From: an uncultured Solirubrobacteraceae bacterium
GTDB lineage: Bacteria > Actinomycetota > Thermoleophilia > Solirubrobacterales > Solirubrobacteraceae
Assembly (NCBI GenBank): GCA_963720415.1
Contig: CAVRFQ010000011.1
Location: 16,169 to 80,168 of the forward strand
Length of the DNA stretch: 64,000 nt
Reading direction: 5' to 3'
The position numbers and the translations under genes were made by a program. Position 1 is the stretch's first letter. Each line of letters opens with the position of its first letter. Positions 32,302-42,102 of the stretch are shown in pieces. The notes beneath the pieces are model-generated. The model was given only the letters and a program-made list of their open reading frames with translations, was not told the origin of the DNA and did no database searches.

Positions 32302-35112
32302 GTGGCCACGCTGGCCGACGCGCTCGGCGAGCCCGTGGACGCCGTCTCGGTGGCCGTGCAGAGCACGGCCGGCGTCGAGGCGGCGCTGATCGCCGAGGGG
32401 CGCTTCGACGTCGCGAAGGCGCTCGTCATGCGGCGGACGGTGATGCTCCCCGACGGCCCGCCGGTGCTCGGCTCGCCGCGGCTGATCCGCCGCTCGGGTC
32501 AGGTCGTGCGCTGGAACGCCACCAAGATCGAGGCGGCCATCCGCAAGGCCTTCCTCTCGCTCGGCGCCGACCCGTCGCCGGCCGAGGCGGTCGCCGACCG
32601 CGTGGACGAGCGGGCCCACGCGCTCGGCCTCGCGTACGTCCCGATCGAGGTCGTCCAGGACCTCGTGCAGGAGGAGCTCGTCCTCGGCGGGCACATGCGG
32701 GCCGCCGAGCGCTACATCCTCTACCGCGCCGAGCGCACCGCGCTGCGGGCGGGCGGCACGGCGCAGGAGCTGCGCGCGCGGATCGAGCTCGCGTCGATCG
32801 GCCTCGAGCTCGACCTCGGCGTCGACGAGCTCGAGCGCGAGCTCTCGCGCTCGCTGCGCCCGGGCGAGGACGTCCGGCGGCTCGTGGTGCTGAACGCCCG
32901 CTCGCTGGTCGAGCGCGACTCCGACTACATGCGCTTCGCCGGCCGGATCCTGCTCTCGTACGTCTACGAGGAGACGCTCGGCTGGGACATCGTGCGCGAC
33001 GGGATCGGCGGGCTCGCCGCCGCCCACCGCCGCGCGCTGCGGCCGATGGTCGAGCGCGGCGTCGCGATCGGGCGGATCGATCCGCAGCTGCTCGGCTACG
33101 ACCTCGAGGCGCTGGCCGCGGCGCTCGACCCGACCGCCGACCTGGACTTCGACTTCCTCGGGATCCAGACGCTCTACGACCGCTACCTGATCTGCGACAA
33201 GACGGGCGCCGAGATCGTGCGGATCGAGTCGCCGCAGCTGTTCTGGATGCGCGTGGCGATGGGTGTCTGCCTGGCCGAGGGAGAGGACCGCGAGGCGCGC
33301 GTGCTGGAGCTGTACGCCGCCTACAAGGAGCGGCGCTTCTGCTCCTCCACGCCGACGCTGTTCAACGCCGGGACGCCGCACTCGCAGCTCTCCAGTTGCT
33401 ACCTCTACGTCGTCGACGACTCGCTCGAGTCGATCATGCGCCGCGGCATCGCCGAGAACGCGATGTGCTCGAAGTGGGCGGGCGGGCTCGGCGGATCGTG
33501 GACGGCGGTGCGCGGCACCGGGTCGCACATCGCCGGCACCAACGGCGCCAGCCAGGGCGTGGTGCCGTTCCTCAAGCTGCACAACGACCAGCTCGTGGCC
33601 GTCAACCAGGGCGGCCGCCGCGCGGGCTCCGGCTGCGCGTACCTCGAGGTCTGGCACAACGACATCCGCGAGTTCCTCGAGCTGCGCCGCGGCACCGGCG
33701 ACGAGCGCCGCCGCACCCACGACATGAACACCGCGTGCTGGGTGCCGGACCTGTTCATGAAGCGCGTCGAGGCGCGCGAGCCGTGGACGCTCTTCCGCTC
33801 GTCCGACGTGCCCGACCTGCACGAGCTCTACGGGCACGCGTTCGAGGAGCGTTACACGGAGTACGAGCGGCGCGTCGCGGCCGGCGAGCTGTTCGGCGAG
33901 ACGATCCCGGCGCTCGACCTGTGGAAGCAGATGCTGCGGATGCTCTTCGAGACCGGGCACCCGTGGATCACCTTCAAGGACGCGTGCAACGTGCGCAGCC
34001 CGCAGGACCACGCGGGCGTCATCCACTCGAGCAACCTCTGCACCGAGATCACGCTCAACACGAGCGCGGAGGAGACCGCGGTCTGCAACCTCGGCTCGAT
34101 CGTGATCGACCGTCACCTGACGGCCGAGGGCGAGCTCGACCACGAGGCGCTGCGGGCGACCGTGCGCGTGGCCGTGCGCGCGCTCGACGACGTGATCGAC
34201 GTCAACTTCTACCCCACCGAGGCCGCGCGGACGGCGAACCTGCGCCACCGCCCGGTCGGCCTCGGGGTGATGGGGCTGCAGTATGCCCTCTACCGCTGCG
34301 GGATCGCGTTCGACTCGCCGGAGGCCGCCGAGTTCGGCGACCGCATGATGGAGGCGATCGCCCACTACGCGTACGAGGCGTCGAGCGACCTCGCCGCCGA
34401 GCGCGGCGCGTACGAGTCCTACGCGGGCTCCAAGTGGGAGCGCGGGCTGCTGCCGCAGGACACGCTCGAGCTGCTCTCCGCCGCCCGCGGCGAGCCGCTG
34501 GCCGTCGACCCGGGCGGCGCGCTGGACTGGGCGCCGCTGCGCGAGAAGATCGCCCGCCAGGGCATGCGGAACTCGAACGTGCTCGCGATCGCGCCGACGG
34601 CCACGATCGCGAACATCATGGGCACGTCGCCGTGCATCGAGCCGATGTACAAGAACCTGTTCGCCAAGTCGAACCTGTCGGGCGACTTCGTGATCCTCAA
34701 CCCGTTCCTCGTGCGCGACCTCAAGGCGGCCGGGCTGTGGAACGCGGCGCTCGCCTCGCGGCTCAAGCTCGTGGAGGGCGACCTCGCCGAGCTGCCCGAG
34801 GTGCCGGCGGAGATCCGCGAGCGCTACCGGACGGCGTTCCAGATCGCGCCAGAGGCGCTGATCGACGCCGCGGCGCGACGGCAGAAGTGGATCGACCAGT
34901 CGCAGTCGCTGAACCTGTTCCTCGCCTCACCGGACATGAAGGCGATGAGCCACATGTACCGCCGCGCGTGGCGCGCGGGGCTCAAGACGACGTACTACCT
35001 GCGGACGCTCGGCGCGTCGGCGATCGAGAAGGCCACGGTGGCCGCCCCGGCCGCCGCGGCGTGCTCCATCGAGGCGGCCCGCAACGGCGAGGACTGCGAG
35101 GCCTGCCAGTGA
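32302..35112 (+). CDS. nrdA: ribonucleoside-diphosphate reductase alpha subunit (R1, class Ia, ATP-cone)
   Basis: ATP-cone RLIRRSGQVVRWNATKIEAAIRKAF..RYILYRAE. Catalytic region ..STPTLFNAGT..SSCYL..NLCTEI..CNLGS.. and C-terminal ..KTTYYLR. GTG 32302 is the first in-frame start, and a longer N-terminus may exist (see findings). Confidence 0.9.
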   Translation: MATLADALGEPVDAVSVAVQSTAGVEAALIAEGRFDVAKALVMRRTVMLPDGPPVLGSPRLIRRSGQVVRWNATKIEAAIRKAFLSLGADPSPAEAVADRVDERAHALGLAYVPIEVVQDLVQEELVLGGHMRAAERYILYRAERTALRAGGTAQELRARIELASIGLELDLGVDELERELSRSLRPGEDVRRLVVLNARSLVERDSDYMRFAGRILLSYVYEETLGWDIVRDGIGGLAAAHRRALRPMVERGVAIGRIDPQLLGYDLEALAAALDPTADLDFDFLGIQTLYDRYLICDKTGAEIVRIESPQLFWMRVAMGVCLAEGEDREARVLELYAAYKERRFCSSTPTLFNAGTPHSQLSSCYLYVVDDSLESIMRRGIAENAMCSKWAGGLGGSWTAVRGTGSHIAGTNGASQGVVPFLKLHNDQLVAVNQGGRRAGSGCAYLEVWHNDIREFLELRRGTGDERRRTHDMNTACWVPDLFMKRVEAREPWTLFRSSDVPDLHELYGHAFEERYTEYERRVAAGELFGETIPALDLWKQMLRMLFETGHPWITFKDACNVRSPQDHAGVIHSSNLCTEITLNTSAEETAVCNLGSIVIDRHLTAEGELDHEALRATVRVAVRALDDVIDVNFYPTEAARTANLRHRPVGLGVMGLQYALYRCGIAFDSPEAAEFGDRMMEAIAHYAYEASSDLAAERGAYESYAGSKWERGLLPQDTLELLSAARGEPLAVDPGGALDWAPLREKIARQGMRNSNVLAIAPTATIANIMGTSPCIEPMYKNLFAKSNLSGDFVILNPFLVRDLKAAGLWNAALASRLKLVEGDLAELPEVPAEIRERYRTAFQIAPEALIDAAARRQKWIDQSQSLNLFLASPDMKAMSHMYRRAWRAGLKTTYYLRTLGASAIEKATVAAPAAAACSIEAARNGEDCEACQ

Positions 35113-35113
35113 C

Positions 35114-36064
35114 CTAGGCCTTCGGCTCGTAGCGATGGTGGAGGATGAGCACGTTGCCGTCCGGGTCGAGGATGAAGGCCATGTGGCAGACGCCCGTGTC
35201 CACCGTGTCACCGATCAGCTCCACGCCTTCGGAGGCGAGCCGCGCGCGGGCGGCTTCGACGTCGGGCACGGCGAGCGCGATGCCCGCCGGGTTCGGCGCG
35301 AACGTCTCGCCGTCGGACTCCGGCTGCCACAGGGCGAGCGTCACGTTCGCCGTCTCGAACTCGTCCGGGGTCGTGGAGCTGGCAGCGAGCCCGAGGGTCT
35401 CGCCGTAGAAGGCGCGTGCCCGCTCGACGTCGCGCGTGGGCACCGATACGTAGTCCACGCGCTCGATGGCGTCGAGCGCGGTGCCGCCCTGCGCCCCCGC
35501 CATGAGGTCGTCGACGTCCACGCCCGTCACCGCCTCCTCGGCGATGTCGTCGAGCCGATACTCACCGGACTCGAAGAACTTCCGGCTCCCGCTGAGCTCG
35601 TCGTAGGCCAGGATGCGGATCCGCAGGTACGCCATCTCGTTGGCGAGCAACGTCTCGAGATCCACGTGGCGGTCGCGCGTGGGGCTGACCCCCACGGCCT
35701 GCAGGAGCCCGGGGTGCGCGAGCTTCCAGTTCGCCTCGCGCAGATCGAGCCGGACGACGCGGTTCCCCTTCGGCGCCACCCGCATGATCTTGTCGCCGAC
35801 GGCGGTGAAGAGATGGAGCGACACGGTGCCGCCGACCTTGGGGAAGAACACGCGGACGTCCAGGGACAGGTCGATGATGCCGCGTCGCCGGCTCGCGTTG
35901 TCGATCTTGAAGCGGTACGTCGGGTGTCCGTGCTCCACGCGCTTGCTGATCGACTTGCTGAAGCGCAGATCGGGGGTGATGAGCCTGAACTGCACCCACC
36001 AGACGACGATCGACACGACGAGGCCGAGCACGGCCCCGAGTCCCAGGGCGACGTAGTCGTCCAT
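35114..36064 (-). CDS. TM-anchored unknown domain fused in frame to a VOC/glyoxalase-like domain
   Basis: 316-aa ORF. N-terminal TM ALGLGAVLGLVVSIVVWWVQF plus a ~160-aa unrecognised domain. C-terminal IERVDYVSVPTRDVERARAFYGETLGL..CHMAFILDPDGNVLILHH is the VOC fold. A possible internal start (MAGAQGG, ~35500) would give a stand-alone VOC protein. Confidence 0.7.
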   Translation of the reverse strand: MDDYVALGLGAVLGLVVSIVVWWVQFRLITPDLRFSKSISKRVEHGHPTYRFKIDNASRRRGIIDLSLDVRVFFPKVGGTVSLHLFTAVGDKIMRVAPKGNRVVRLDLREANWKLAHPGLLQAVGVSPTRDRHVDLETLLANEMAYLRIRILAYDELSGSRKFFESGEYRLDDIAEEAVTGVDVDDLMAGAQGGTALDAIERVDYVSVPTRDVERARAFYGETLGLAASSTTPDEFETANVTLALWQPESDGETFAPNPAGIALAVPDVEAARARLASEGVELIGDTVDTGVCHMAFILDPDGNVLILHHRYEPKA

Positions 36065-36170
36065 GCTCGAATCATCCGACCGGGGTCAAGGGGCGTAGGA
36101 CCTGGGGCGGAGGCTAAGCGGGTGCTAGCCCCAGTGATGAGTTTCGAGTGCGTTGGGAGTCTTAGGTGCA

Positions 36171-37151
36171 ATGACTCCCCTTGCCATCGAGGCCTCAGGC
36201 CTCGTCAAGACGTTCGGTGAGGTCCGCGCCGTCGACGGCGTGGACCTCGCGGTCCGCAGCGGATCGGTGTACGGCGTCCTCGGCCCCAACGGCGCCGGGA
36301 AGACCACCACGATCCGCATGCTCGCCACGCTGCTCAAGCCCGACGGCGGCAGCGCGCAGGTGCTCGGCCACGACGTCGTGCGCGAGGCCGACGCGGTGCG
36401 CGGCCTCGTCAGCCTCACCGGCCAGATGGCCTCGGTCGACGAGGACCTGACCGGCCGCGAGAACCTGATCCTCCTCGGCCGGCTGCTCGGCCTCAAGCGC
36501 GGCGGCGCTAAATCGCGAGCAACCGAGTTGCTGGAGGCCTTCGACCTCACAGACGCCGCCGGGCGGCTGGTCAAGCAGTACTCCGGCGGCATGCGCCGGC
36601 GGCTCGACATCGCCGCCAGCCTCGTGGTCACGCCCGAGCTGCTGTTCCTCGACGAGCCGACCACCGGCCTGGACCCGCGCTCGCGCAACCAGGTGTGGGA
36701 CATCATCCGCTCGCTGGCCGGCGCCGGCACGACGATCCTGCTCTGCACGCAGTACCTCGACGAGGCCGACCAGCTCGCCGAGGGCATCGCGGTCATCGAC
36801 CACGGCCGCGTGATCGCGGAGGGCACGCCGGCGCAGCTCAAGGCGTCGGTCGGCTCCGGCGCGCTGCAGGTGCGGCTGCTCGATCCCGACCAGCGCCCTG
36901 AGGCCGAGCAGATCCTCGCCCGGGAGCTCGGCTCGGTCCACCTCGAGCCCGACCCCGCGGCGCTCTCGGTCTCCTGCGCGGACGCCGACCGCGGCGCCGA
37001 GGTCATCGCCGAGCTCGCGCGCTCCGGCGTCCGGATCGCCGGATTCACGCTCGGCCAGCCGAGCCTCGACGAGGTCTTCCTCGCGCTCACCGGCCACCCG
37101 GCCGAGGACCAGGCGCCCGGCGACGACGTGATCACGGAGGAGGCGGCATGA
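36171..37151 (+). CDS. ABC transporter ATP-binding protein (DrrA-like)
   Basis: [16 protein letters not shown].. Walker [10 protein letters not shown], signature YSGGMRRRL, Walker [13 protein letters not shown]. Confidence 0.9.
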   Translation: MTPLAIEASGLVKTFGEVRAVDGVDLAVRSGSVYGVLGPNGAGKTTTIRMLATLLKPDGGSAQVLGHDVVREADAVRGLVSLTGQMASVDEDLTGRENLILLGRLLGLKRGGAKSRATELLEAFDLTDAAGRLVKQYSGGMRRRLDIAASLVVTPELLFLDEPTTGLDPRSRNQVWDIIRSLAGAGTTILLCTQYLDEADQLAEGIAVIDHGRVIAEGTPAQLKASVGSGALQVRLLDPDQRPEAEQILARELGSVHLEPDPAALSVSCADADRGAEVIAELARSGVRIAGFTLGQPSLDEVFLALTGHPAEDQAPGDDVITEEAA

Positions 37152-37966
37152 GCACGGTCACCCAGGAGGCCGCGCTGCAGAAGGCGCTCGCGTCGACCCC
37201 GCGCCCGCCCCGCCCGAGCGCGATGAGCGCCGCGTTCGCGTTCGGCTGGCGCGGCATGCTCAAGGTCAAGCACGTGCCCGAGCAGCTCGTCGACGTGACG
37301 ATCACGCCGGTGATGTTCGTGCTCATGTTCACCTACCTGTTCGGCGGCGCCATCGCCGGCTCGACGGGCGCGTACCTCGACTACATCCTCCCCGGCATCC
37401 TCGTGATGTCCGTGCTGTTCACGACCGTGTACTCGGGCGTCTCGCTCAACACCGACCTCACCAAGGGCGTGGTGGACCGCTTCCTCACGCTGCCGATCTG
37501 GCGGCCGGCGCCGCTCGTCGGCGCCCTGCTGGGCGACAGCGTGCGCTACCTCGTGGCCGGCACGGTGATCACGGTGCTCGGCGTCATCCTCGGCTTCCGG
37601 CCCGAGGCCGGCGTGCCGGGCGTGCTCGCCGCGCTCGCGCTGGTGATCGTGTTCGCGTTCGGCCTCTCGTGGGTGTTCACGACGCTCGGGCTGCTCCTGC
37701 GGTCGCCCAACGCGGTGATGAACGCGGGGTTCATGGCGATCTTCCCGCTGACCTTCCTCAGCAACGTGTTCGTGGACCCGACGACGCTGCCGGCCGCGCT
37801 CGAGTGGTTCGTGGGCGTGAACCCGATCTCGATCCTCGCCGACGCCTCGCGCGGGCTGATGGACGGCAACGCCGACTCGAGTGACATCCTGATCTCGTTG
37901 GGCGTCGCCGCCGCCATCACCGCGATCTTCATGCCGATCACCACGAGGCTCTACCGCAGCCGCTGA
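37148..37966 (+). CDS. ABC-2 type transporter permease
   Basis: 272 aa, six hydrophobic segments. ATGA overlap with the ATPase stop. Confidence 0.9.
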   Translation: MSTVTQEAALQKALASTPRPPRPSAMSAAFAFGWRGMLKVKHVPEQLVDVTITPVMFVLMFTYLFGGAIAGSTGAYLDYILPGILVMSVLFTTVYSGVSLNTDLTKGVVDRFLTLPIWRPAPLVGALLGDSVRYLVAGTVITVLGVILGFRPEAGVPGVLAALALVIVFAFGLSWVFTTLGLLLRSPNAVMNAGFMAIFPLTFLSNVFVDPTTLPAALEWFVGVNPISILADASRGLMDGNADSSDILISLGVAAAITAIFMPITTRLYRSR

Positions 37967-38316
37967 TGGCGTCGTACGCGATCAACGATCGCGCGGTGGA
38001 GCGGGCCCGCGGGCTGATCGACGCACGCCAGTACGTGCTCGACAGCGACTGGGGCGACGTCCAGCCCCGGGCCGCCCAGGAGAACGCGTACCTCGACTCC
38101 CACACGTGGGAGGAGTACGCCGAGTGGCACCTCGGGCTGACCGAGGGCGCCACCGACGAGACCAAGGCGAGGTACGCGTTCGTGTACGGCGACTTCCGGC
38201 GCATACACCGCGCCGGCCTGATCGCGTGCGTGTACCGCGCGGCCGAGTGGCGCCACAAGGCGATCGAGCTGGCGGCGCACGACCTGCTGCAGCACCTGGA
38301 CGCCACGAGTGGCTGA
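37966..38316 (+). CDS. hypothetical protein
   Basis: 116-aa ORF with balanced composition ([34 protein letters not shown]..). ATG overlaps upstream TGA (TGATG). Confidence 0.65.
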   Translation: MASYAINDRAVERARGLIDARQYVLDSDWGDVQPRAAQENAYLDSHTWEEYAEWHLGLTEGATDETKARYAFVYGDFRRIHRAGLIACVYRAAEWRHKAIELAAHDLLQHLDATSG

Positions 38317-39079
38317 GCTCGAGCTCGCGTTCGACGAGCGGTTCGAGGGCGACGCGCTCGACGCGTCGCGCTGGCTCCCGTACTACCTGCCGCAGTGGAG
38401 CTCGCGCGAGCGCGCCGCGGCGCGCTACACGGTCGGCGGCGGCGAGCTGCGGCTGCGGATCGACGCCGGCCAGCAGCCGTGGTGCCCCGAGTGGGACGGC
38501 GAGCTGCGCGTCTCGTCGCTGCAGACCGGGGTCTTCTCCGGGCCGCTCGGCAGCGACCGCGGCCAGCAGCGCTTCAACCCCGAGGCGGTCGTGCGCGAGG
38601 AGCAGGAGCCGCGGGCGCTCTACCTCCAGCACCACGGCCGGATCGAGACGCGCTTCAAGGCCCTCGCCGACCCGCGGGCGATGGTCGCGCTGTGGATGGT
38701 GGGCTTCGAGGACGAGCCCGGGAGGTCGGGCGAGATCTGCGTGGCCGAGATCTTCGGGCGCGACGTGGTCGAGGGCGAGTCGGCCGCGGTCGGCATGGGC
38801 ATCCACCCGGTCGGCGATCCCGGCCTGCGCGAGGAGTTCGCCCGCGAGCCGCTGGACATCGACGTCCGCGACTTCCACACCTACGCCGCCGAGTGGACGC
38901 CGGACGGGGTCGCGTTCTCCGTCGACGGCGAGCACGTGAAGTCGGTGGGCCAGTCGCCGGCCTACCCGATGCAGCTGATGCTCGGCGTCTACGAGTTCCC
39001 CGACTGGCCGGGCGACGACGCCGCGCGCCACCCGAAGGAGTTCGTGGTCGACTTCGTGCGCGGATCTAGACTGGTCTAG
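38309..39079 (+). CDS. concanavalin-like / GH16-like protein
   Basis: ..WCPEWDGELRVSSLQTG..SGEICVAEIFG..FHTYAAEWTPDGVAFSVDGEHV.. The GH16 ExDxxE motif position reads EICVAE (middle Asp replaced by Cys), so activity is uncertain. Confidence 0.7.
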   Translation: MAELELAFDERFEGDALDASRWLPYYLPQWSSRERAAARYTVGGGELRLRIDAGQQPWCPEWDGELRVSSLQTGVFSGPLGSDRGQQRFNPEAVVREEQEPRALYLQHHGRIETRFKALADPRAMVALWMVGFEDEPGRSGEICVAEIFGRDVVEGESAAVGMGIHPVGDPGLREEFAREPLDIDVRDFHTYAAEWTPDGVAFSVDGEHVKSVGQSPAYPMQLMLGVYEFPDWPGDDAARHPKEFVVDFVRGSRLV

Positions 39080-39313
39080 GTGATCCCCGAGCACTACGAG
39101 GAGCGGCGCTCCCGGTCCGACCGCCTCGCCACCGGGACGATCGCCTGCCCGGCGTGCGACGCGCCGGTGGCACTCCCGCGCGGGCACGCCTCGCCGGCCG
39201 ATCTGCTCGGCTGCCCGTACTGCGACCACGTCGCCGCGGTCCGCGACTTCCTGTCGCTCGCCTCGCCCTCGCGCCCCGCCCGGGTCGTCGTGCGGGTCAT
39301 CGTGCGCGCGTAG
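39080..39313 (+). CDS. small zinc-ribbon-like protein
   Basis: 77-aa GTG-initiated ORF with two CxxC pairs (CPAC..CPYC). Confidence 0.45.
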   Translation: MIPEHYEERRSRSDRLATGTIACPACDAPVALPRGHASPADLLGCPYCDHVAAVRDFLSLASPSRPARVVVRVIVRA

Positions 39314-39333
39314 CGCCTGCGAAGGTACCGGTC

Positions 39334-40401
39334 GTGCATCGCTGGACGGTGATCGTGCCGGTGGTCGCCGCCCTGGTGCTGGCCGCGACCTGGGGCAGCA
39401 AGCCCGGCACCCTCGTGCTCGTGATCGTCGGGCTCTTCCTGGCGGGCTCCGTGCTGGCCGCGGTGCACCACGCGGAGGTCGTCGCGCACCGGGTCGGCGA
39501 GCCCTACGGGTCGCTCGTGCTCGCCGTCGCGGTGACGGTGATCGAGGTCGGCCTGATCGTCACGCTGATGGTGTCGACGTCCTCCGACACGTCGACGCTG
39601 GCGCGCGACACGGTGTTCGCGGCCGTGATGATCACGTGCAACGGCATCCTCGGGCTCTCCGTGCTCGTCGGCGCGCTCCACAAGCGCTTCGCCACGTTCA
39701 ACGCCGAGGGCAGCGCGACCGCGCTGGCGACGGTCTTCACACTCGCATCGCTCACGCTCGTCCTCCCCACCTTCACGACGAGCGCTCCAGGCCCCGAGTT
39801 CTCCGGCGCGCAGCTCACGTTCGCCGCCGTCGCCTCGCTGGCGCTCTACCTGCTCTTCGTCTTCGTCCAGACCGTCCGCCACCGCGACTACTTCCTCCCC
39901 GAGGGCCACGACGCAGACGGCGACGGCCACGCCGATCCCCCGTCGGACCGGCAGGCGGTGATCAGCCTCGGCCTGCTCGCGCTCGCCCTCGTGGCGGTCG
40001 TCGGCCTGGCCAAGACCGAGACGCCCGCGATCGAGGACGCCGTCGACTGGATGGGCGCGCCCGCCTCGGCCGTCGGCGTGATCATCGCCCTCCTCGTGCT
40101 CCTCCCGGAGTCGCTCGCCGCCTACCGCAACGCGCGCCGCGGCCGCGTGCAGACCAGCTTCAACCTCGCGTTCGGGTCCTCGGTGGCGAGCATCGGCCTG
40201 ACGATCCCGGCGATCGCGGTGGCCTCGATCTGGATCGACGGTCCGCTCGTCCTCGGCCTCGGCTCGACCCAGATGGTGCTCCTCTTCATCACCGTCGTGG
40301 TCGCGTCGCTCACCGTGCTGCCAGGCCGCGCGACCCTGATGGAGGGCGGCGTGCACCTCGTGCTCTTCGCCGCGTTCGTGTTCCTGGCGATCAATCCGTG
40401 A
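39334..40401 (+). CDS. Ca2+/H+ (CaCA-family) antiporter
   Basis: GTG 39334 (GAAGG upstream): VHRWTVIVPVVAAL..GEPYGSLVLAVAVTVIEVGLIV.. and second repeat ..LLPESLAAYRNARRGRVQTSFNLAFGSSVASIGLTIP. Confidence 0.85.
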   Translation: MHRWTVIVPVVAALVLAATWGSKPGTLVLVIVGLFLAGSVLAAVHHAEVVAHRVGEPYGSLVLAVAVTVIEVGLIVTLMVSTSSDTSTLARDTVFAAVMITCNGILGLSVLVGALHKRFATFNAEGSATALATVFTLASLTLVLPTFTTSAPGPEFSGAQLTFAAVASLALYLLFVFVQTVRHRDYFLPEGHDADGDGHADPPSDRQAVISLGLLALALVAVVGLAKTETPAIEDAVDWMGAPASAVGVIIALLVLLPESLAAYRNARRGRVQTSFNLAFGSSVASIGLTIPAIAVASIWIDGPLVLGLGSTQMVLLFITVVVASLTVLPGRATLMEGGVHLVLFAAFVFLAINP

Positions 40402-41350
40402 TCGCCACCGGCGCGCCCTTGGCCGCCGACTCCACCGCCGCGTGGCACATGGCGAGGCTGCGGACGTTGCCGTGGCAGTCGCCGGAGGGGATCCGGCCGG
40501 TCCGCAGCGCGTCCACGAAGTCGGCGAGCGAGGCCTCGAGGCCGAGGAAGCGCTCAGGGTCGGCCTCACCGGTCTCCTCGCCGTCCCACGTGGCGATGCC
40601 GTGCTCCCCCATCGCGTGCCAGCGGCCCGTCCAGGAGGTCTCGTCCGTCGGCGCGGCCCAGTTGCCGATGAACGTGAAGCGCGACCCGTCGGTCATCTCG
40701 AACACCGCGGTCGCGGCCGCCGGCCCCGCGAACCAGCTCCACGGCGGGTCGAACGACTCGCAGTAGACGGAGACCGGATCGGCGCCCGTGATGGCGCGGG
40801 CGCCGTCGAAGAGGTGGATGGCCATGTCGAGCAGCAGCGGCTGCGGGAACGTGAGGAGGAACTCGGCGCGCGGCTCCCGGTGGTGGCGGAAGAACTCGCA
40901 CGTGAGGCCGGAGAGCGGGCCCAGCGCCGCGACCTGGATGCGGTATGCCTCGAGCTCGGGCATGAAGCGGCGGTTCTGGCTGACCACGAACAGCCGCTCG
41001 GCGCGGTCGGCCGCCTCGATCATCTCGTACGCCTCCGCCATCGAGGTCGCCATCGGCTTCTCGCTCAGCACGGCGGCGCCGTGCGCGAGCGCGGAGAGCG
41101 TGACCGCGTGGTGCGCGCCCGGCGGCGTGACGTTGACGACGAAGTCCGGCTCCAGCTCCTGCACGAGCGGGCCGATCGCGGCGCCGGTCGGCAGGCCGTC
41201 CAGGCCCGCCTCCTCGGCGGCGGCGCGAGCGCGCTCCACGTCGAGGTCGGCCCACCCGACGAGCTCCGTGTCCGGTCCGAGGATCACCTCGCGGGCCCAG
41301 AACGGCCCGAGGTCGCCGGCGCCCGCCATGACCACCCTCAGCGGCTTCAC
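40391..41350 (-). CDS. Gfo/Idh/MocA-family oxidoreductase
   Basis: VKPLRVVMAGAGDLGPFWAREV..AVLSEKPMA... GTG 41350 overlaps the ThuA stop (GTGA). Confidence 0.85.
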   Translation of the reverse strand: MKPLRVVMAGAGDLGPFWAREVILGPDTELVGWADLDVERARAAAEEAGLDGLPTGAAIGPLVQELEPDFVVNVTPPGAHHAVTLSALAHGAAVLSEKPMATSMAEAYEMIEAADRAERLFVVSQNRRFMPELEAYRIQVAALGPLSGLTCEFFRHHREPRAEFLLTFPQPLLLDMAIHLFDGARAITGADPVSVYCESFDPPWSWFAGPAAATAVFEMTDGSRFTFIGNWAAPTDETSWTGRWHAMGEHGIATWDGEETGEADPERFLGLEASLADFVDALRTGRIPSGDCHGNVRSLAMCHAAVESAAKGAPVAITD

Positions 41351-42060
41351 TCGAACCACCCGAGCGGCGACTCCGGCGCCTCCGGCAAGGCCTGCCGGCC
41401 GCCGGCCGGCGCGGCCCAGCGCACGGCGTTGGCGATCACGCGCCGGACGTCGGGATGGTGGTAGACCGGGTAGTCCTGGTCGCCGGGGCTGAAGTAGAAG
41501 ATCCGCCCGCGCCCGCGGCGGAAGCAGCAGCCGCCGCGGAACACCTCGCCGCCCGCGAACGAGCTCACGAAGACGAGCTCGTCGGGCGCCGGGATGTCGA
41601 AGTGCTCGCCGTACATCTCCTGCGCATCGATGACGATCGGCTGCGGCACGCCGGCGGCGATCGGATGCGACGGGTCCACCGTCCACACCAGCTCGCGCTC
41701 GCCCTCGTTGCGCCAGCGCAGGCTGCACGACGTCCCGAGCAGCCGCTTGAAGACCTTCGCGAAGTGGCCGGAGTGGAGCACCACGAGGCCCATCCCGCCG
41801 AGCACGGCCGCGTGGACGCGATCGACCACCGCGTCGTCGACGTCGTCGTGCGCCGCGTGGCCCCACCACGTCAGGACGTCGGTCCGGTCCAGCACCGCGG
41901 GCGGCAGGCCGTGGCCGGGCTGCTCGAGCGTCGCGGTCGTCACGTCGCCCACCCCGGCCAGCGCGGAGGCCAGCGCGCCGTGGATCCCGTCGGGGTAGTG
42001 CGCGCGGACGTGCTCCTCCGTGCGCTCGTGCACGTTCTCGTTCCAGATCGTGACGTTCAT
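41347..42060 (-). CDS. ThuA-domain protein (trehalose-utilisation-like)
   Basis: MNVTIWNENVHERTEEHVRAHYPDGIHGALA..VLTWWGHAAHDDV..VVLHSGHFAK.. Confidence 0.9.
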   Translation of the reverse strand: MNVTIWNENVHERTEEHVRAHYPDGIHGALASALAGVGDVTTATLEQPGHGLPPAVLDRTDVLTWWGHAAHDDVDDAVVDRVHAAVLGGMGLVVLHSGHFAKVFKRLLGTSCSLRWRNEGERELVWTVDPSHPIAAGVPQPIVIDAQEMYGEHFDIPAPDELVFVSSFAGGEVFRGGCCFRRGRGRIFYFSPGDQDYPVYHHPDVRRVIANAVRWAAPAGGRQALPEAPESPLGWFE

Positions 42061-42102
42061 GGCCTCCAGGATGTCCGGTTCACGCGGGCGGTAGCACCCG
42101 GC

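Noticed and set aside
31047-35117. 1356-aa plus-strand ORF spanning the nrd operon
   Set aside because: It is an out-of-frame, Arg-rich shadow of nrdB and nrdA. Only the short piece 32193-~32282 may be meaningful (see the NrdA N-terminus finding).
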